Shown piece after piece: positions 39,456 through 49,800 of a stretch of DNA of 64,000 bases. Position numbers and translations under genes: made by a program. The stretch is from Usitatibacteraceae bacterium (lineage in GTDB: Bacteria > Pseudomonadota > Gammaproteobacteria > Burkholderiales > Usitatibacteraceae). The DNA lies in contig DAORTX010000001.1 of assembly GCA_035432885.1 (NCBI GenBank), positions 13,043 to 77,042 on the forward strand, written 5' to 3'. How positions within the stretch are numbered: the stretch's first letter is position 1; every line of letters begins with the position of its first letter. Below the pieces are notes generated by a model that saw only the letters and a list, made by a program, of their open reading frames with translations, was not told the DNA's origin and did not search any database.

Positions 39456-40708
39456 GCCGCCCGTTCTCGCGGGTGACACCCGTTGCCGCGGATGCGGATG
39501 CGAGCGTCCTCGTGGCCCTCGAGGGCGTCGGCAAGGACTACCCCAAGGTCAGCGCAGGAGGAGACCGCCTACGCACGCTGTGGGGTCTGCTTGCGGGCCA
39601 TGCCGACATCCCGCGATTTCGCGCGCTGCAGGGCGTGACGGCCTCGGTTCATCGCGGCGAATCCCTGGGACTCGTGGGAGAGAACGGCGCCGGAAAGTCC
39701 ACGCTTCTCAAGATCATCGCGGGCGTGGTGAAGCCGTCGGCCGGCTCGGTACGGGTGGCCGGGCGGATCGGCGCGCTCCTCGAGCTTGGGAGCGGTTTCC
39801 ACCCCGAGTACACGGGGCGCGAGAACATCTACCTTGCCGCGGCGCTCATGGGCCTTTCGCGCCGGGAAACGCGGGAAAAGGTCGACGCCATCATCGCCTT
39901 TGCCGACATCGGCCAGCATATCGAAGAACCCATCAAGCATTACTCCTCCGGCATGGCGGTCCGGCTGGGGTTCGCCGTGGCCACCGCGCTCACGCCGGAC
40001 ATCCTCATCACCGACGAAGTCCTCGCCGTGGGCGACGAATCGTTCCAGAAGAAATGCATTCGCTGGCTCGAGCGCTACCTCGGCGACGGGGGCACCCTGC
40101 TGCTGTGCTCGCACAGCATGTACCACGTGCAGACGCTCTGCTCGCGCGCGATGTGGCTCCACGAGGGCGCGGTCCGCCTGGACGGCGACAGTTTCGACGT
40201 GACGCGCGAGTACCTCACCTACCACGAGGAGAAAGGCCGCGGAGAAAAGCCGGCGCCTCGAGCCGCCGAAGGGCTGGTTCCGCTCATCCGGGCCATGCGC
40301 GTCGAGCGGGCGGACGGCACCGCCCTGGAGGTGCTTTCAGCCGGCGACGACATGGTGCTCCAGGGCCTCGCCTGGAGCCCGGACGGCCGCGCTCCCGTTC
40401 TGCTCTTCGGCATCGTCCGCGCCGATGGCACGCCGGTCTACGGCGCGCATTCCAATGACGACGGCTTCGAGCCGCTCCGGGTGGACGAGCACCACTTCGC
40501 CTTCTCCGCGCATTTTCCCGCGCCGGGCCTGCTGCCGGGAAAGTACGCGGTGCGCGTCCATGCGCTCGACCCCGAGGGGCTTCGCCTCTTCGACACGCAG
40601 GAGCGCCAGATCGTGGTCACGGGCCGCACGCGCGACTATGGGCTGGTGCGGCTTGCGCATTCCTGGAAGGCCGGCACCCTTCGGCCGGGGGCGGCGGGAA
40701 CACCCTGA
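39452..40708 (+). CDS. wzt: Polysaccharide export ABC ATPase (Wzt-like) with C-terminal extension
   Basis: GTG at 39452 overlaps the wzm stop. Walker A GENGAGKST, signature YSSGMAVRL, Walker B ILITDE. About 150 extra C-terminal residues could form a Wzt_C-like glycan-binding domain. Confidence 0.8.
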   Translation: MSRPFSRVTPVAADADASVLVALEGVGKDYPKVSAGGDRLRTLWGLLAGHADIPRFRALQGVTASVHRGESLGLVGENGAGKSTLLKIIAGVVKPSAGSVRVAGRIGALLELGSGFHPEYTGRENIYLAAALMGLSRRETREKVDAIIAFADIGQHIEEPIKHYSSGMAVRLGFAVATALTPDILITDEVLAVGDESFQKKCIRWLERYLGDGGTLLLCSHSMYHVQTLCSRAMWLHEGAVRLDGDSFDVTREYLTYHEEKGRGEKPAPRAAEGLVPLIRAMRVERADGTALEVLSAGDDMVLQGLAWSPDGRAPVLLFGIVRADGTPVYGAHSNDDGFEPLRVDEHHFAFSAHFPAPGLLPGKYAVRVHALDPEGLRLFDTQERQIVVTGRTRDYGLVRLAHSWKAGTLRPGAAGTP

Positions 40709-42702
40709 TGGCAAGCCCGCAGCAAGACGACATGCGCGAGGCTTGCGCGAGGATCCTCGACCTCGCCCGGCGCGGCCTCGATGCGCAGGCGCTCGAGGAA
40801 AGCCGCGCGCTGGCGGAGCGCTTTGGCGACCGGCCGGAGCCGCGCCTGCAGCTGGGCGTGCTCCTGCTCCAGTCGGGCGATCGAGCGGGGGCGGAAACCG
40901 TGCTTCGCGAATGCCTGGCACTGGCGCCGGGGCTCACGCCCGCGCTGACACTGCTCGGCGATCTGCTGTTCGACAGGCGAGACCTCGCGGGTGCGCTCGA
41001 CTGCTTCACCACGCTGGCACGCACGCGCCCGGACGACGGCCGTCTCTGGAACAACATCGCCATCACGCAACTTGCCCTCGGGCGGTTCGAGGATTCGGAA
41101 GCGGCCGCGCGGCGCGCCAGGACGCTCGAGCCGCGAAGCGCCATCGCCTGGCTGAACCTGGGCCGTGCCTGCGCGGCACGGGAAAAGCGCGAGGATGCGC
41201 TGGCTGCTCTGGGCGAGTGCCTGAGGCTCGATCCGTCGAACGCCGATGCGAACGACCTGGCGGGCAGGGTGCAGGCGCAGGCCGGCATGTATGGCCGCGC
41301 AGCGAAGTCGTTTCGAAGGGCGCTCGACTCGGGCGGGGGTGCGATGACGGCGAGCCGGCTGGGCGACGCCCTCATGCAATCGGGTGACGCGGCAGGCGCC
41401 ATCGCCGCCTATCGGGACGCCGAGGCACGCGATCCCGCCCACGCCGCCGGGAACGGGAGCCGTGCGCTCTTTGCCCTCCACGCCGACGATCGCGTGAGCC
41501 AGGCGGAAATCTTTGCGGCGCACCGCGACTGGGCGAATCGGCATGCGACGGTCCGCTCGGGCGTTGTCCATCCCAATCCCCGAGAGCCCGGCAAGCCGCT
41601 GCGCGTGGGCTACGTATCGCCGCGGCTCAACCGGTCGTCGGCAGCCTTCGTCCTGATGCCCGTCCTCGAGCACCACGAGCCGGGCGAGGTGGCGTACTTC
41701 TGCTACGCCGGCCAGGACACCGATGACGACGTGACGCGGCGAATCCGGGCTCGCGCCGCGGGCTGGCGCGACACGCGGGAGCTCGATGACGATGCGCTCG
41801 CGCAGGCGATCCGGGACGACGGGATCGACATCGTCGTCGATCTGGCCGGGCACACGCCCGGAAACCGGCTTCCGGCGCTCGCGCGCCGGCCGGCGCCGAT
41901 CGTCCTCTCCTGGCTGGACTACTTCGACACGACGGGCTGCGATTGCATCGATGCCGTCGTCACGGATTCGTTGCATTCGCCACCGGGAGATGCGCAGCCC
42001 TTCTCGGAGCGGCTGCTTCGCCTGGCGCCCTTGCGTCTTTGCTACGCGGCGCCGGACTATGCGCCTGAGCCCGTCCCGCCGCCCTCGGCAAGCGGCGCAG
42101 CCATCGTCTTCGGCGCTTTCCACCGCATGGCGAAGATCGGTCCGCGCGTGGTGGGCGCCTGGACGGAACTCCTGTCGCGCCTCCCCGAGGCGCGGCTGGT
42201 GATCAAGAACGACGCGCTGAACGGCGAAGGAGAGCGCGCCTGGCAAAGCGAGCGGCTTGCCGCGGCGGGACTGCCGATGTCGCGCGTCGAGCTGCGCGGC
42301 GCCTCGGACCATCCGGACATGCTGGGGCAATATGGAGGCGTCGACATTGCCCTCGACGCCTTCCCCTACAACGGCGGCATCACCACCCTCGAGGCCCTGT
42401 GGATGGGTCGCCCGGTCGTCGCGGTCCGGGGCGAGACGCTCATCTCGCGCCAGTCGGCCGCGATCCTCCAGTCGATCGGCCTCGGGGAACTGGTCGCCCG
42501 CGATTGGCGCGAGATGATCGCGCTCGCGGCCGCACTGGCCGCGGATCCCGGTCGGCTGGCCGCCCTCGCCGCGAGCATTCGCGGGCGCATGGCCGCATCG
42601 CCGGTTTGCGACACGGCGGCATTCACGCGTTCGCTGGAAGCGGCGTACCGCTCGTCCTGGCGCGCGTACTGCGCAGGCGAGCCCATCGGAGATTCCCATT
42701 GA
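40708..42702 (+). CDS. TPR-repeat protein fused to GT41 (SPINDLY/OGT-like) glycosyltransferase
   Basis: 664 aa with N-terminal TPRs and a C-terminal GT41 signature (DIALDAFPYNGGITTLEALWMGRPVV ... SRQSAAILQSIGL). The ATG overlaps the wzt stop by 1 nt. Confidence 0.8.
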   Translation: MASPQQDDMREACARILDLARRGLDAQALEESRALAERFGDRPEPRLQLGVLLLQSGDRAGAETVLRECLALAPGLTPALTLLGDLLFDRRDLAGALDCFTTLARTRPDDGRLWNNIAITQLALGRFEDSEAAARRARTLEPRSAIAWLNLGRACAAREKREDALAALGECLRLDPSNADANDLAGRVQAQAGMYGRAAKSFRRALDSGGGAMTASRLGDALMQSGDAAGAIAAYRDAEARDPAHAAGNGSRALFALHADDRVSQAEIFAAHRDWANRHATVRSGVVHPNPREPGKPLRVGYVSPRLNRSSAAFVLMPVLEHHEPGEVAYFCYAGQDTDDDVTRRIRARAAGWRDTRELDDDALAQAIRDDGIDIVVDLAGHTPGNRLPALARRPAPIVLSWLDYFDTTGCDCIDAVVTDSLHSPPGDAQPFSERLLRLAPLRLCYAAPDYAPEPVPPPSASGAAIVFGAFHRMAKIGPRVVGAWTELLSRLPEARLVIKNDALNGEGERAWQSERLAAAGLPMSRVELRGASDHPDMLGQYGGVDIALDAFPYNGGITTLEALWMGRPVVAVRGETLISRQSAAILQSIGLGELVARDWREMIALAAALAADPGRLAALAASIRGRMAASPVCDTAAFTRSLEAAYRSSWRAYCAGEPIGDSH

Positions 42703-44903
42703 CCGCTGAACGCCGGGGGGCTGCGCAACGATTGCATGGCGAGGGCCGGATCGAGGAAGCGCTCGCCGCTTATTCGGCGCTGATCGCCGAGAGCGATGGC
42801 GATGCCGAGCTCTGGCACCTTCGCGCCATCGCCGAACACCAGCTCGGACGGCCGTCGCTCGCGCGGCAATCCGCCCAGCGCGCCATCGCGATCGACGAGG
42901 CGCCGCCTGCCTATCACTTCATGGCAGGACAAGCGGCTACCGACGAGGGAAATCCTGCCGCGGCGGCAGAGCATTTTGCCGCCACCGTCGCGAGGAAGCC
43001 GGACTGGGCCGCGGCATGGATCGCGCTGGGCGTGGCGCGCCTGGACCACGGAGAACCCGTTGGCGCTCGCGACGCGCTCGAGCGCGCGGTCGGCCTCGAT
43101 CCTTCGGCGGCGCCGGCCTGGAATAGCCTCGGACTCGCGGAGCTCGGGCTGGACAGGCCAGCGGAGGCGGCCGTGGCCTTGCGTCGAGCGCTCGCGGTGG
43201 ATCCGGGATACGCGCTCGCGCACCTGAACCTCGCCCGGATCTCGGAACGGGAAAGCCGGGTCGACGAGGCGCTGGACAGCCTGGAGGAGGCGCTTCGCGC
43301 GAATCCGCGGCTGGCGGAGGCGCTGCTGTTGCGGGCACAGCTCCTGCGGCGAAAGCGCGACCCGCGCGCCGGCGGCGCGCACAAGGTCGCCGTGCAGGCG
43401 CTCCCGGGTGACGCGCGCATCCGCGCCGCGTGGGCCGATTTTCTCTGGGAAACGGGGCTCGTCGACGAGGCAATCAAGGAGTTCAAGCGCGCCGAGGCGC
43501 TCGATCCCGCCAATCTTCGCGCCGCGCTTGGCGCTCGCCTTGTCCTGCCGGCCGTCTACCGTGACGAGGCGGACCTCGAAGCCAATCGCGCCCGATTCGC
43601 GCGGGGGCTGGAGGAATTGCACGCCGGCGTGGCGCGGTTTTCCGGGGCGCGGCCCAACGCCGCCCTCGTGGGCGCGAGCTGGACCAATTTCTACCTGGCC
43701 TACCAGGGCCGCAACGACCGCGACCTTCAGTCGCGGTACGGCGACTTCGTGGCCGATGCGCTTCGCCCCAGCCTGCCGGGGTACTTCGTCGATCGTCCGC
43801 CGCCTCGCCGGAAGGGACGGCTTCGCGTGGGATTCCTCAGCCACTTCTTCTTCAACTGCACCGTCGGACGGTATTTCGCGAGCTGGATTCTGGACCTCGA
43901 TCCCGCGCGCTTCGAAAAGGTCGTGTTCTACACGAACCCCTGGGTTGCCGACGACACGCGCGCCATCGCCGCCGCCGCCGAGCGCTTCCACCACGTCTGC
44001 GGATATCCGCTGCATGCCATCGCGCAGCGCGTGGCGGCCGAGGAGCTCGACATCCTCGTCTATCCGGAGCTCGGCATGCACGCCGAGACGTTCGCCCTCG
44101 CCGCCCTCCGGCTGGCCCCGGTGCAGGTGATGGGGTGGGGGCATCCCACCACGAGCGGGCTCGCCTCGATCGACGCGTTCCTCACTTGCGCCGGGATGGA
44201 GCCCGAGGACGCCCAGGAGGCATACCGCGAGCGCGTTGTCGGATTGCCCGGCATCGGCACGCGCTACCGGCGCCCGCGCACCGATAGCGCGAAGGACCGC
44301 GAATCGCTGGGACTTCCCGCGACGGGAACGCTCTATCTTTGCCCGCAGTCGCTCTTCAAGATCCACCCGGCCAACGACGCCCTGTTCGCGCGCGTGCTTG
44401 CCGGCGATCCCCGGGGGCGGCTGGTCTTCTTCGGCTACCGCGAGGGCCCGGTCACGCAGCACTTCCGGCGGCGGCTGTTCGAGGCGCTGGCGCAGGCCGG
44501 GATCGATGCGGAGCGCCGCACCGTATTCCTCGGCTTTCTTTCGCACGAGGAGTACCTGCGCGTCAACGCGCTTTGCGACGTGATGCTGGACACGCTTCAC
44601 TGGTCCGGCGGCAACACCTCCCTCGATGCGATCGCCGCGGGCCTGCCGCTCGTCACGCTGCCGGGGTCGCTCATGCGCGGCCGCCAGAGCGCGGCGATGC
44701 TGGGCGCGATCGGGCTCGAGGCGCTGGTTGCGAAGGATCCGGACGACTATGCGCGAATTGCGCTTCGGCTGGGGATGGACGCATCCTGGCGGCGCGAGAT
44801 CCGCGCCGTGCTGGAGCAGGGGTCGGACTCGCTCTTCGACGACACCGCGCCCACCGAGGCGCTCGCCCGGGAGCTGGAGGAACTCGCAGGCCGGGAGCGC
44901 TGA
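42699..44903 (+). CDS. TPR-repeat protein fused to GT41 (SPINDLY/OGT-like) glycosyltransferase, second copy
   Basis: A TTG at 42699 overlaps the upstream stop, so the start is uncertain. The protein has TPRs plus a GT41 signature (DVMLDTLHWSGGNTSLDAIAAGLPLV ... GRQSAAMLGAIGL). Confidence 0.7.
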   Translation: MTAERRGAAQRLHGEGRIEEALAAYSALIAESDGDAELWHLRAIAEHQLGRPSLARQSAQRAIAIDEAPPAYHFMAGQAATDEGNPAAAAEHFAATVARKPDWAAAWIALGVARLDHGEPVGARDALERAVGLDPSAAPAWNSLGLAELGLDRPAEAAVALRRALAVDPGYALAHLNLARISERESRVDEALDSLEEALRANPRLAEALLLRAQLLRRKRDPRAGGAHKVAVQALPGDARIRAAWADFLWETGLVDEAIKEFKRAEALDPANLRAALGARLVLPAVYRDEADLEANRARFARGLEELHAGVARFSGARPNAALVGASWTNFYLAYQGRNDRDLQSRYGDFVADALRPSLPGYFVDRPPPRRKGRLRVGFLSHFFFNCTVGRYFASWILDLDPARFEKVVFYTNPWVADDTRAIAAAAERFHHVCGYPLHAIAQRVAAEELDILVYPELGMHAETFALAALRLAPVQVMGWGHPTTSGLASIDAFLTCAGMEPEDAQEAYRERVVGLPGIGTRYRRPRTDSAKDRESLGLPATGTLYLCPQSLFKIHPANDALFARVLAGDPRGRLVFFGYREGPVTQHFRRRLFEALAQAGIDAERRTVFLGFLSHEEYLRVNALCDVMLDTLHWSGGNTSLDAIAAGLPLVTLPGSLMRGRQSAAMLGAIGLEALVAKDPDDYARIALRLGMDASWRREIRAVLEQGSDSLFDDTAPTEALARELEELAGRER

Positions 44904-44908
44904 CGCCG

Positions 44909-45304
44909 GTGGAGCTCTCGCTCTGGGCGACGTTTGTCTCTGCGTTCGTCTCGGCCACGCTGCTGCCGGGAAACTCGGAGATCGTGCTGGCGGTCGCCCT
45001 GAAGGCAGGTGCCGCGCCTGCGGCGGCCATCGCCGTGGCGACCCTGGGCAATACCCTCGGCGGGCTTACCACCTATGGCATCGGCCGTCTGCTGCCGACG
45101 CGGATGCCCGAGGGAAGGGCCATTGCCCGCGTGAGGCGATACGGCGTCGCGGTCCTGCTCCTGGCCTGGGTGCCGATTGCCGGCGACGCCCTGTGCGCGG
45201 CCGCCGGCTGGCTGCGCCTGAACTGGCTCGGCTGCACGCTCGCGATGGCTGCGGGAAAGGCGGCTCGCTACGCCGCGCTCGCCCACGCAGTCGCCCTGTT
45301 CTAG
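44909..45304 (+). CDS. YqaA/DedA-superfamily small membrane protein
   Basis: GTG at 44909 gives 131 aa. The motifs ATLLPGNSE and LLAWVPIAGDALC are typical of YqaA. It starts 5 nt after the GT41 gene. Confidence 0.65.
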   Translation: MELSLWATFVSAFVSATLLPGNSEIVLAVALKAGAAPAAAIAVATLGNTLGGLTTYGIGRLLPTRMPEGRAIARVRRYGVAVLLLAWVPIAGDALCAAAGWLRLNWLGCTLAMAAGKAARYAALAHAVALF

Positions 45305-45413
45305 CCTGATCGCGCCTCGCATCGCGGACCGGCCGTCGCTCGCCGGGGTCAATGCTGCATTGCGGTAAAATCGCTATTCCCCCCGTGGCGCCCACGGGCC
45401 GCGAAGCCAGCCC

Positions 45414-48400
45414 ATGACCGCCCGCCTGCGCGAAATCCCGTACAACTACACGTCGTTCTCCGACCGCGAGATCGTGATCCGGTTGCTCGGGAAGGACGCC
45501 TGGCGTGCGCTGGACGAGTTGCGCTCGCAACGCCGCACGGGACGCTCGGCGCGCATGCTCTACGAGGTGCTGGGCGACATCTGGGTCGTCAAGCGAAACC
45601 CCTACCTCCAGGACGACCTGCTCGACAACCCCAGGCGCCACGATGCCCTGGTCGAGTCCATGCGCCACCGACTGCACGAGGTGGAGAAGCGCCGGACGGC
45701 CGACGCATCCGACCCGGAACGAAGCGGCCGGGTCGAAGCGCTCCTCAAGGCGGCCCACGGGGCCGTGGACGCCTTCGAGCAGGAATTCGACGAGACGCGA
45801 AAGCTGCGGCGCCGCGCGATGCGCCGGCTCTCGGCCATCACGCGCCGGGACAACATCGCCTTTGACGGGCTGGCGCGCGTCTCGCACGTGACGGACGCCA
45901 CGGACTGGCGCGTGGAATACCCCTTCGTCGTCGTCTCGCCGGACACGCAGGCCGAGTGCGCGCCCCTCGTCCGGGCGCTGATCGACCTCGGGCTCACCAT
46001 CATTCCCCGAGGCGGCGGCACGGGCTACACGGGCGGTGCCATTCCGCTCGAGCCGCTCTCAGCGGTGGTGAACACCGAGAAGCTCGACTGGGTGGGCGCG
46101 GTGGAGCAGAAGGTACTTCCCGGCACGGGCAAGCCCGTCGCGGTCATCTCGGTGGGTGCCGGCGCCGTCACGCGACGCGTCATGGAAGCCGCCGAGAACG
46201 CGGGACTCGTCTTCGCGGTGGATCCGACGTCGGCCGACGCTTCATGCATCGGCGGCAACATCGCCATGAATGCCGGCGGCAAGAAGGCGGTGCTCTGGGG
46301 CACGGCCGTGGACAATCTCGCCTCGTGGCGGATGGTCACGCCCGAGGCCGACTGGATCGAGGTCGAGCGACTCGACCACAACCTGGGCAAGATCCACGAT
46401 GCCGCGATCGCCCGGTTCCGGATCCGGCGTTTCGCGGCGGACGGAAAGACTGCGCGCGGTGAGGAGATCCTGGAGATCGACGGCCGGCGCTTCCGGAAGT
46501 CCGGCCTGGGCAAGGACGTCACCGACAAGGTGCTCGGCGGGCTCCCGGGCGTGCAGAAGGAGGGCTGCGACGGGATCATCACGTCGGCCACCTTCATTCT
46601 CCACCGCCTGCCCGCGCACGCGCGGACCGTATGCCTGGAGTTCTTCGGCGACATCGCGCTCGCGGTGCCGGCGATCGTCGAGATCGTGCGGCGCGTGGAC
46701 GGCCGGGGCGGAGTGGTGCTCGCCGGCCTCGAGCACCTCGACGAACGCTACGTGAAGGCGGTGGGCTACGCCACGAAGGCCAAGGCCCACGGGCGGCCCC
46801 GCATGGTGCTGATCGGCGACCTGGTGGGCGAGGACGAGCGAGCGGTTTCGCAGGCCGCCTCCGACGTCGTGCGCATCGCCAACGCCCGGGGCGGGGAAGG
46901 GTTCATCGCCGCGAGTCCCGAGGCCAGGAAGCGATTCTGGATGGAGCGCGCGCGCACCGCCGCCATCGCCAAGCACACCAACGCCTTCAAGGTGAACGAG
47001 GACGTCGTGATCCCGCTCGAGCGCCTCGCCGACTACACCAACGGCGTGGAGCGGCTGAACATCGAGTACTCCCTCGGCAACAAGCTGGCCCTCGCCGCCG
47101 CGCTCGAGGATTACCTCGCGGGCGAGCTTCCCGTCGAAACGGACGGGGAGCCGATCGCGCGCGTCGATCTCCTGGGCGACCGTCCCGCGCAGGCGCTGGA
47201 ACAGGTCCGCCTCGCGCGGCGGCGGTGGTCGTGCCTCCTGCGGCATCTCGACCGCACGCTGGGCGAGGTGAGAGGCGATCTCGCGTCGCTGGGGCTGGCG
47301 GACCTGGTCGAACGCGAGGCGGACGACCGGACGGTCTTCGCCCTCGTCCAGCAGCACGTGATTCGCGCCTCGTGGAAGCGGGAGCTGAGGGACCCGCTTC
47401 GCCAGGTCTTTGCCGGGCGCGCCTTCGAGCCGGTGATGGCCGCCCTCCAGGCGATCCACGCGCGCATCCTGCGCGGCCGCGTGTTCATCGCCCTGCACAT
47501 GCACGCGGGCGACGGCAACGTCCACACCAACATCCCCGTCAACTCCGACGACTACGAGATGCTGCGCACCGCCAACGAGGCGGTCGCGCACGTGATGCGC
47601 TTCGCCAAGGAGCTGGGCGGGGTGGTCTCCGGCGAGCACGGCATCGGCATCACCAAGCTCGAGTTCATGGAGCCGGCCGAGATCGACGCCTTCGCCGCCT
47701 GGAAGGCGAAGGCCGATCCGGAGGGCCGCTTCAACCGCGGCAAGCTCCTGCCCGGGGCCGACCTCTCGAATGCCTACACGCCGTCCTTCGCCCTCATCGG
47801 CCACGAGTCCATCATCCTCGAGCGCAGCGACATCGGCTCGATCGCCGATTCCGTGAAGGACTGCCTGCGCTGCGGCAAGTGCAAGCCCGTCTGCTCGACG
47901 CACGTGCCGCGCGCGAACCTCCTCTACAGCCCGCGCAACAAGATCCTCGGCCTGTCGCTGCTCACGGAGGCCTTCCTCTACGAGGAGCAGACGCGGCGCG
48001 GCGTGAGCCTGCGGCACTTCGACGAGTTCGGCGACGTGGCCGACCACTGCACGGTGTGCCACAAGTGCGAGGCGCCCTGCCCGGTGGACATCGATTTCGG
48101 CGACGTCTCCATCGCCATGAAGGGTTTGCTTTCCAAGCTGGGCAAGAAGCGCTTCAATCCCGGCTCGGCCCTTTCCATGGCCTACCTGAACGCCACCGAT
48201 CCGGCGACGATCAAGGTGCTGAAGACCCTGATGCTCGACTGGGGTTACCGGGCGCAGCGCCTGGCCCACGGCGTCGCGCGCCGCTTCCTCGTGACCCGCG
48301 GCCAGACGCGCCGGCCGCCAGCCACCGTCGGCAAGCCTTCGCTCAAGTCGCAGGTGATCCACTTCATCAACAAGCCGATGCCCGGCAATCTCCCGAAACG

Positions 48401-49268
48401 CACGGCGCGTGCCCTCCTGGACATCGAGGATGCCTCCTTCGTGCCGATCATCCGCGACCCCGCGCGGGTGACCGAGGAATCCGACGCGGTGTTCTATTTT
48501 CCCGGCTGCGGCTCCGAGAGGCTCTTCGGGCAGGTGGGGCTCGCCACCCAGGCGCTCCTCTACCACGTCGGCGCGCAATGCGTCCTGCCGCCGGGCTATC
48601 TCTGCTGCGGCTACCCGCAGACCGCAAGCGGGCTGGCGGCCAAGGGGGAGGAGATCACGCTGCGCAACCGGGTGCTCTTCCACCGCGTGGCCAATACCCT
48701 CAACTATCTCGACATCAAGACCGTGGTCGTGTCCTGCGGGACGTGCATGGACGCGCTGATGGACTACGAGTTCGACAAGATCTTCCCCGGCTGCCGGCTC
48801 CTGGACATCCACGAGTACCTGATGGAGAAGGGCGCCAGGGTGGAAGGGGTGAGCGGGGTGCGCTACCTGTACCACGACCCTTGCCACACGCCGATGAAGA
48901 CGCACAACCCGGTCACGGTGGTGAACACGCTCATGGGTACCGCGGTCGCCCTGAACGATCGCTGCTGCGGCGAGTCGGGAACGCTCGCGGTCTCCCGGCC
49001 CGACATCTCCACACAGGTCCGCCTCCGCAAGGAGGAGGAGATGGTGGCGGGAGCGGCGGCGGCCCGACGGGACGGTTTCGCGGGCGAAGTGAAGATCCTC
49101 ACCTCCTGCCCGTCGTGCCTTCAGGGCCTCTCGCGCTACGATGCCGATGCGGGCACCAGCGCGGACTACGTCGTGGTGGAGATGGCGCGCCACCTCCTCG
49201 GCGAGCGCTGGATGCCGGAATTCGTCGAGCGGGTCAATCGCGGCGGAATCGAGCGCGTTCTCCTTTGA
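45414..49268 (+). CDS. DUF3683-FAD-binding oxidase-Fe-S/CCG fusion oxidoreductase (GlcD/GlcF-like)
   Basis: 1284 aa. The N-terminus is [16 protein letters not shown]. It has an FAD-binding [12 protein letters not shown], two ferredoxin-type motifs ([23 protein letters not shown]) and CCG repeats (CCGYP, CCGESG). Confidence 0.85.
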   Translation: MTARLREIPYNYTSFSDREIVIRLLGKDAWRALDELRSQRRTGRSARMLYEVLGDIWVVKRNPYLQDDLLDNPRRHDALVESMRHRLHEVEKRRTADASDPERSGRVEALLKAAHGAVDAFEQEFDETRKLRRRAMRRLSAITRRDNIAFDGLARVSHVTDATDWRVEYPFVVVSPDTQAECAPLVRALIDLGLTIIPRGGGTGYTGGAIPLEPLSAVVNTEKLDWVGAVEQKVLPGTGKPVAVISVGAGAVTRRVMEAAENAGLVFAVDPTSADASCIGGNIAMNAGGKKAVLWGTAVDNLASWRMVTPEADWIEVERLDHNLGKIHDAAIARFRIRRFAADGKTARGEEILEIDGRRFRKSGLGKDVTDKVLGGLPGVQKEGCDGIITSATFILHRLPAHARTVCLEFFGDIALAVPAIVEIVRRVDGRGGVVLAGLEHLDERYVKAVGYATKAKAHGRPRMVLIGDLVGEDERAVSQAASDVVRIANARGGEGFIAASPEARKRFWMERARTAAIAKHTNAFKVNEDVVIPLERLADYTNGVERLNIEYSLGNKLALAAALEDYLAGELPVETDGEPIARVDLLGDRPAQALEQVRLARRRWSCLLRHLDRTLGEVRGDLASLGLADLVEREADDRTVFALVQQHVIRASWKRELRDPLRQVFAGRAFEPVMAALQAIHARILRGRVFIALHMHAGDGNVHTNIPVNSDDYEMLRTANEAVAHVMRFAKELGGVVSGEHGIGITKLEFMEPAEIDAFAAWKAKADPEGRFNRGKLLPGADLSNAYTPSFALIGHESIILERSDIGSIADSVKDCLRCGKCKPVCSTHVPRANLLYSPRNKILGLSLLTEAFLYEEQTRRGVSLRHFDEFGDVADHCTVCHKCEAPCPVDIDFGDVSIAMKGLLSKLGKKRFNPGSALSMAYLNATDPATIKVLKTLMLDWGYRAQRLAHGVARRFLVTRGQTRRPPATVGKPSLKSQVIHFINKPMPGNLPKRTARALLDIEDASFVPIIRDPARVTEESDAVFYFPGCGSERLFGQVGLATQALLYHVGAQCVLPPGYLCCGYPQTASGLAAKGEEITLRNRVLFHRVANTLNYLDIKTVVVSCGTCMDALMDYEFDKIFPGCRLLDIHEYLMEKGARVEGVSGVRYLYHDPCHTPMKTHNPVTVVNTLMGTAVALNDRCCGESGTLAVSRPDISTQVRLRKEEEMVAGAAAARRDGFAGEVKILTSCPSCLQGLSRYDADAGTSADYVVVEMARHLLGERWMPEFVERVNRGGIERVLL

Positions 49269-49349
49269 CGGGTCGCACGGCGGCCGGCTTGCGCCGGGGA
49301 TGCGCCATCGCACACAATTTCACTCCCCATTCCCACCCGGCCACGAACC

Positions 49350-49793
49350 ATGTCTCGCCCGGCCCCACCCCCGGATTGTGATCTATGCCATGGCGCGGGG
49401 GGCACGCTCCTCTGGCAGAATGATTGCTGCCGGGTGGTCGCCGTGGACGAACCCGGTCACCCGGGGTTTCTCCGGGTGGTGCTCAATCGCCACGTGCGAG
49501 AAATGTCCGACCTTGCCGAGGCCGACCGGAACCGGCTGATGGCCGTGGTTTTCGCCGTGGAGGCCCATGTGAGGCGGTCGCTGGAGCCCGACAAGATGAA
49601 CCTCGCGAGTCTAGGCAACCTGACGCCGCACCTGCACTGGCACGTCATTCCCCGCTGGCGCGACGATCGGCATTTTCCCGGCCCGGTCTGGTCCACCGCG
49701 AAGCACGAGGCACCCGTTCCCGGCGATCGGGCCGCGGCGGCGGCGCGAATGGCGGACGCCCTGCCCGCGGCGCTTGCGGACCTGGGCGCATGA
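49350..49793 (+). CDS. HIT family protein
   Basis: 147 aa with the histidine triad HLHWHVIPR. Confidence 0.85.
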   Translation: MSRPAPPPDCDLCHGAGGTLLWQNDCCRVVAVDEPGHPGFLRVVLNRHVREMSDLAEADRNRLMAVVFAVEAHVRRSLEPDKMNLASLGNLTPHLHWHVIPRWRDDRHFPGPVWSTAKHEAPVPGDRAAAAARMADALPAALADLGA

Positions 49794-49800
49794 GGCTTCC

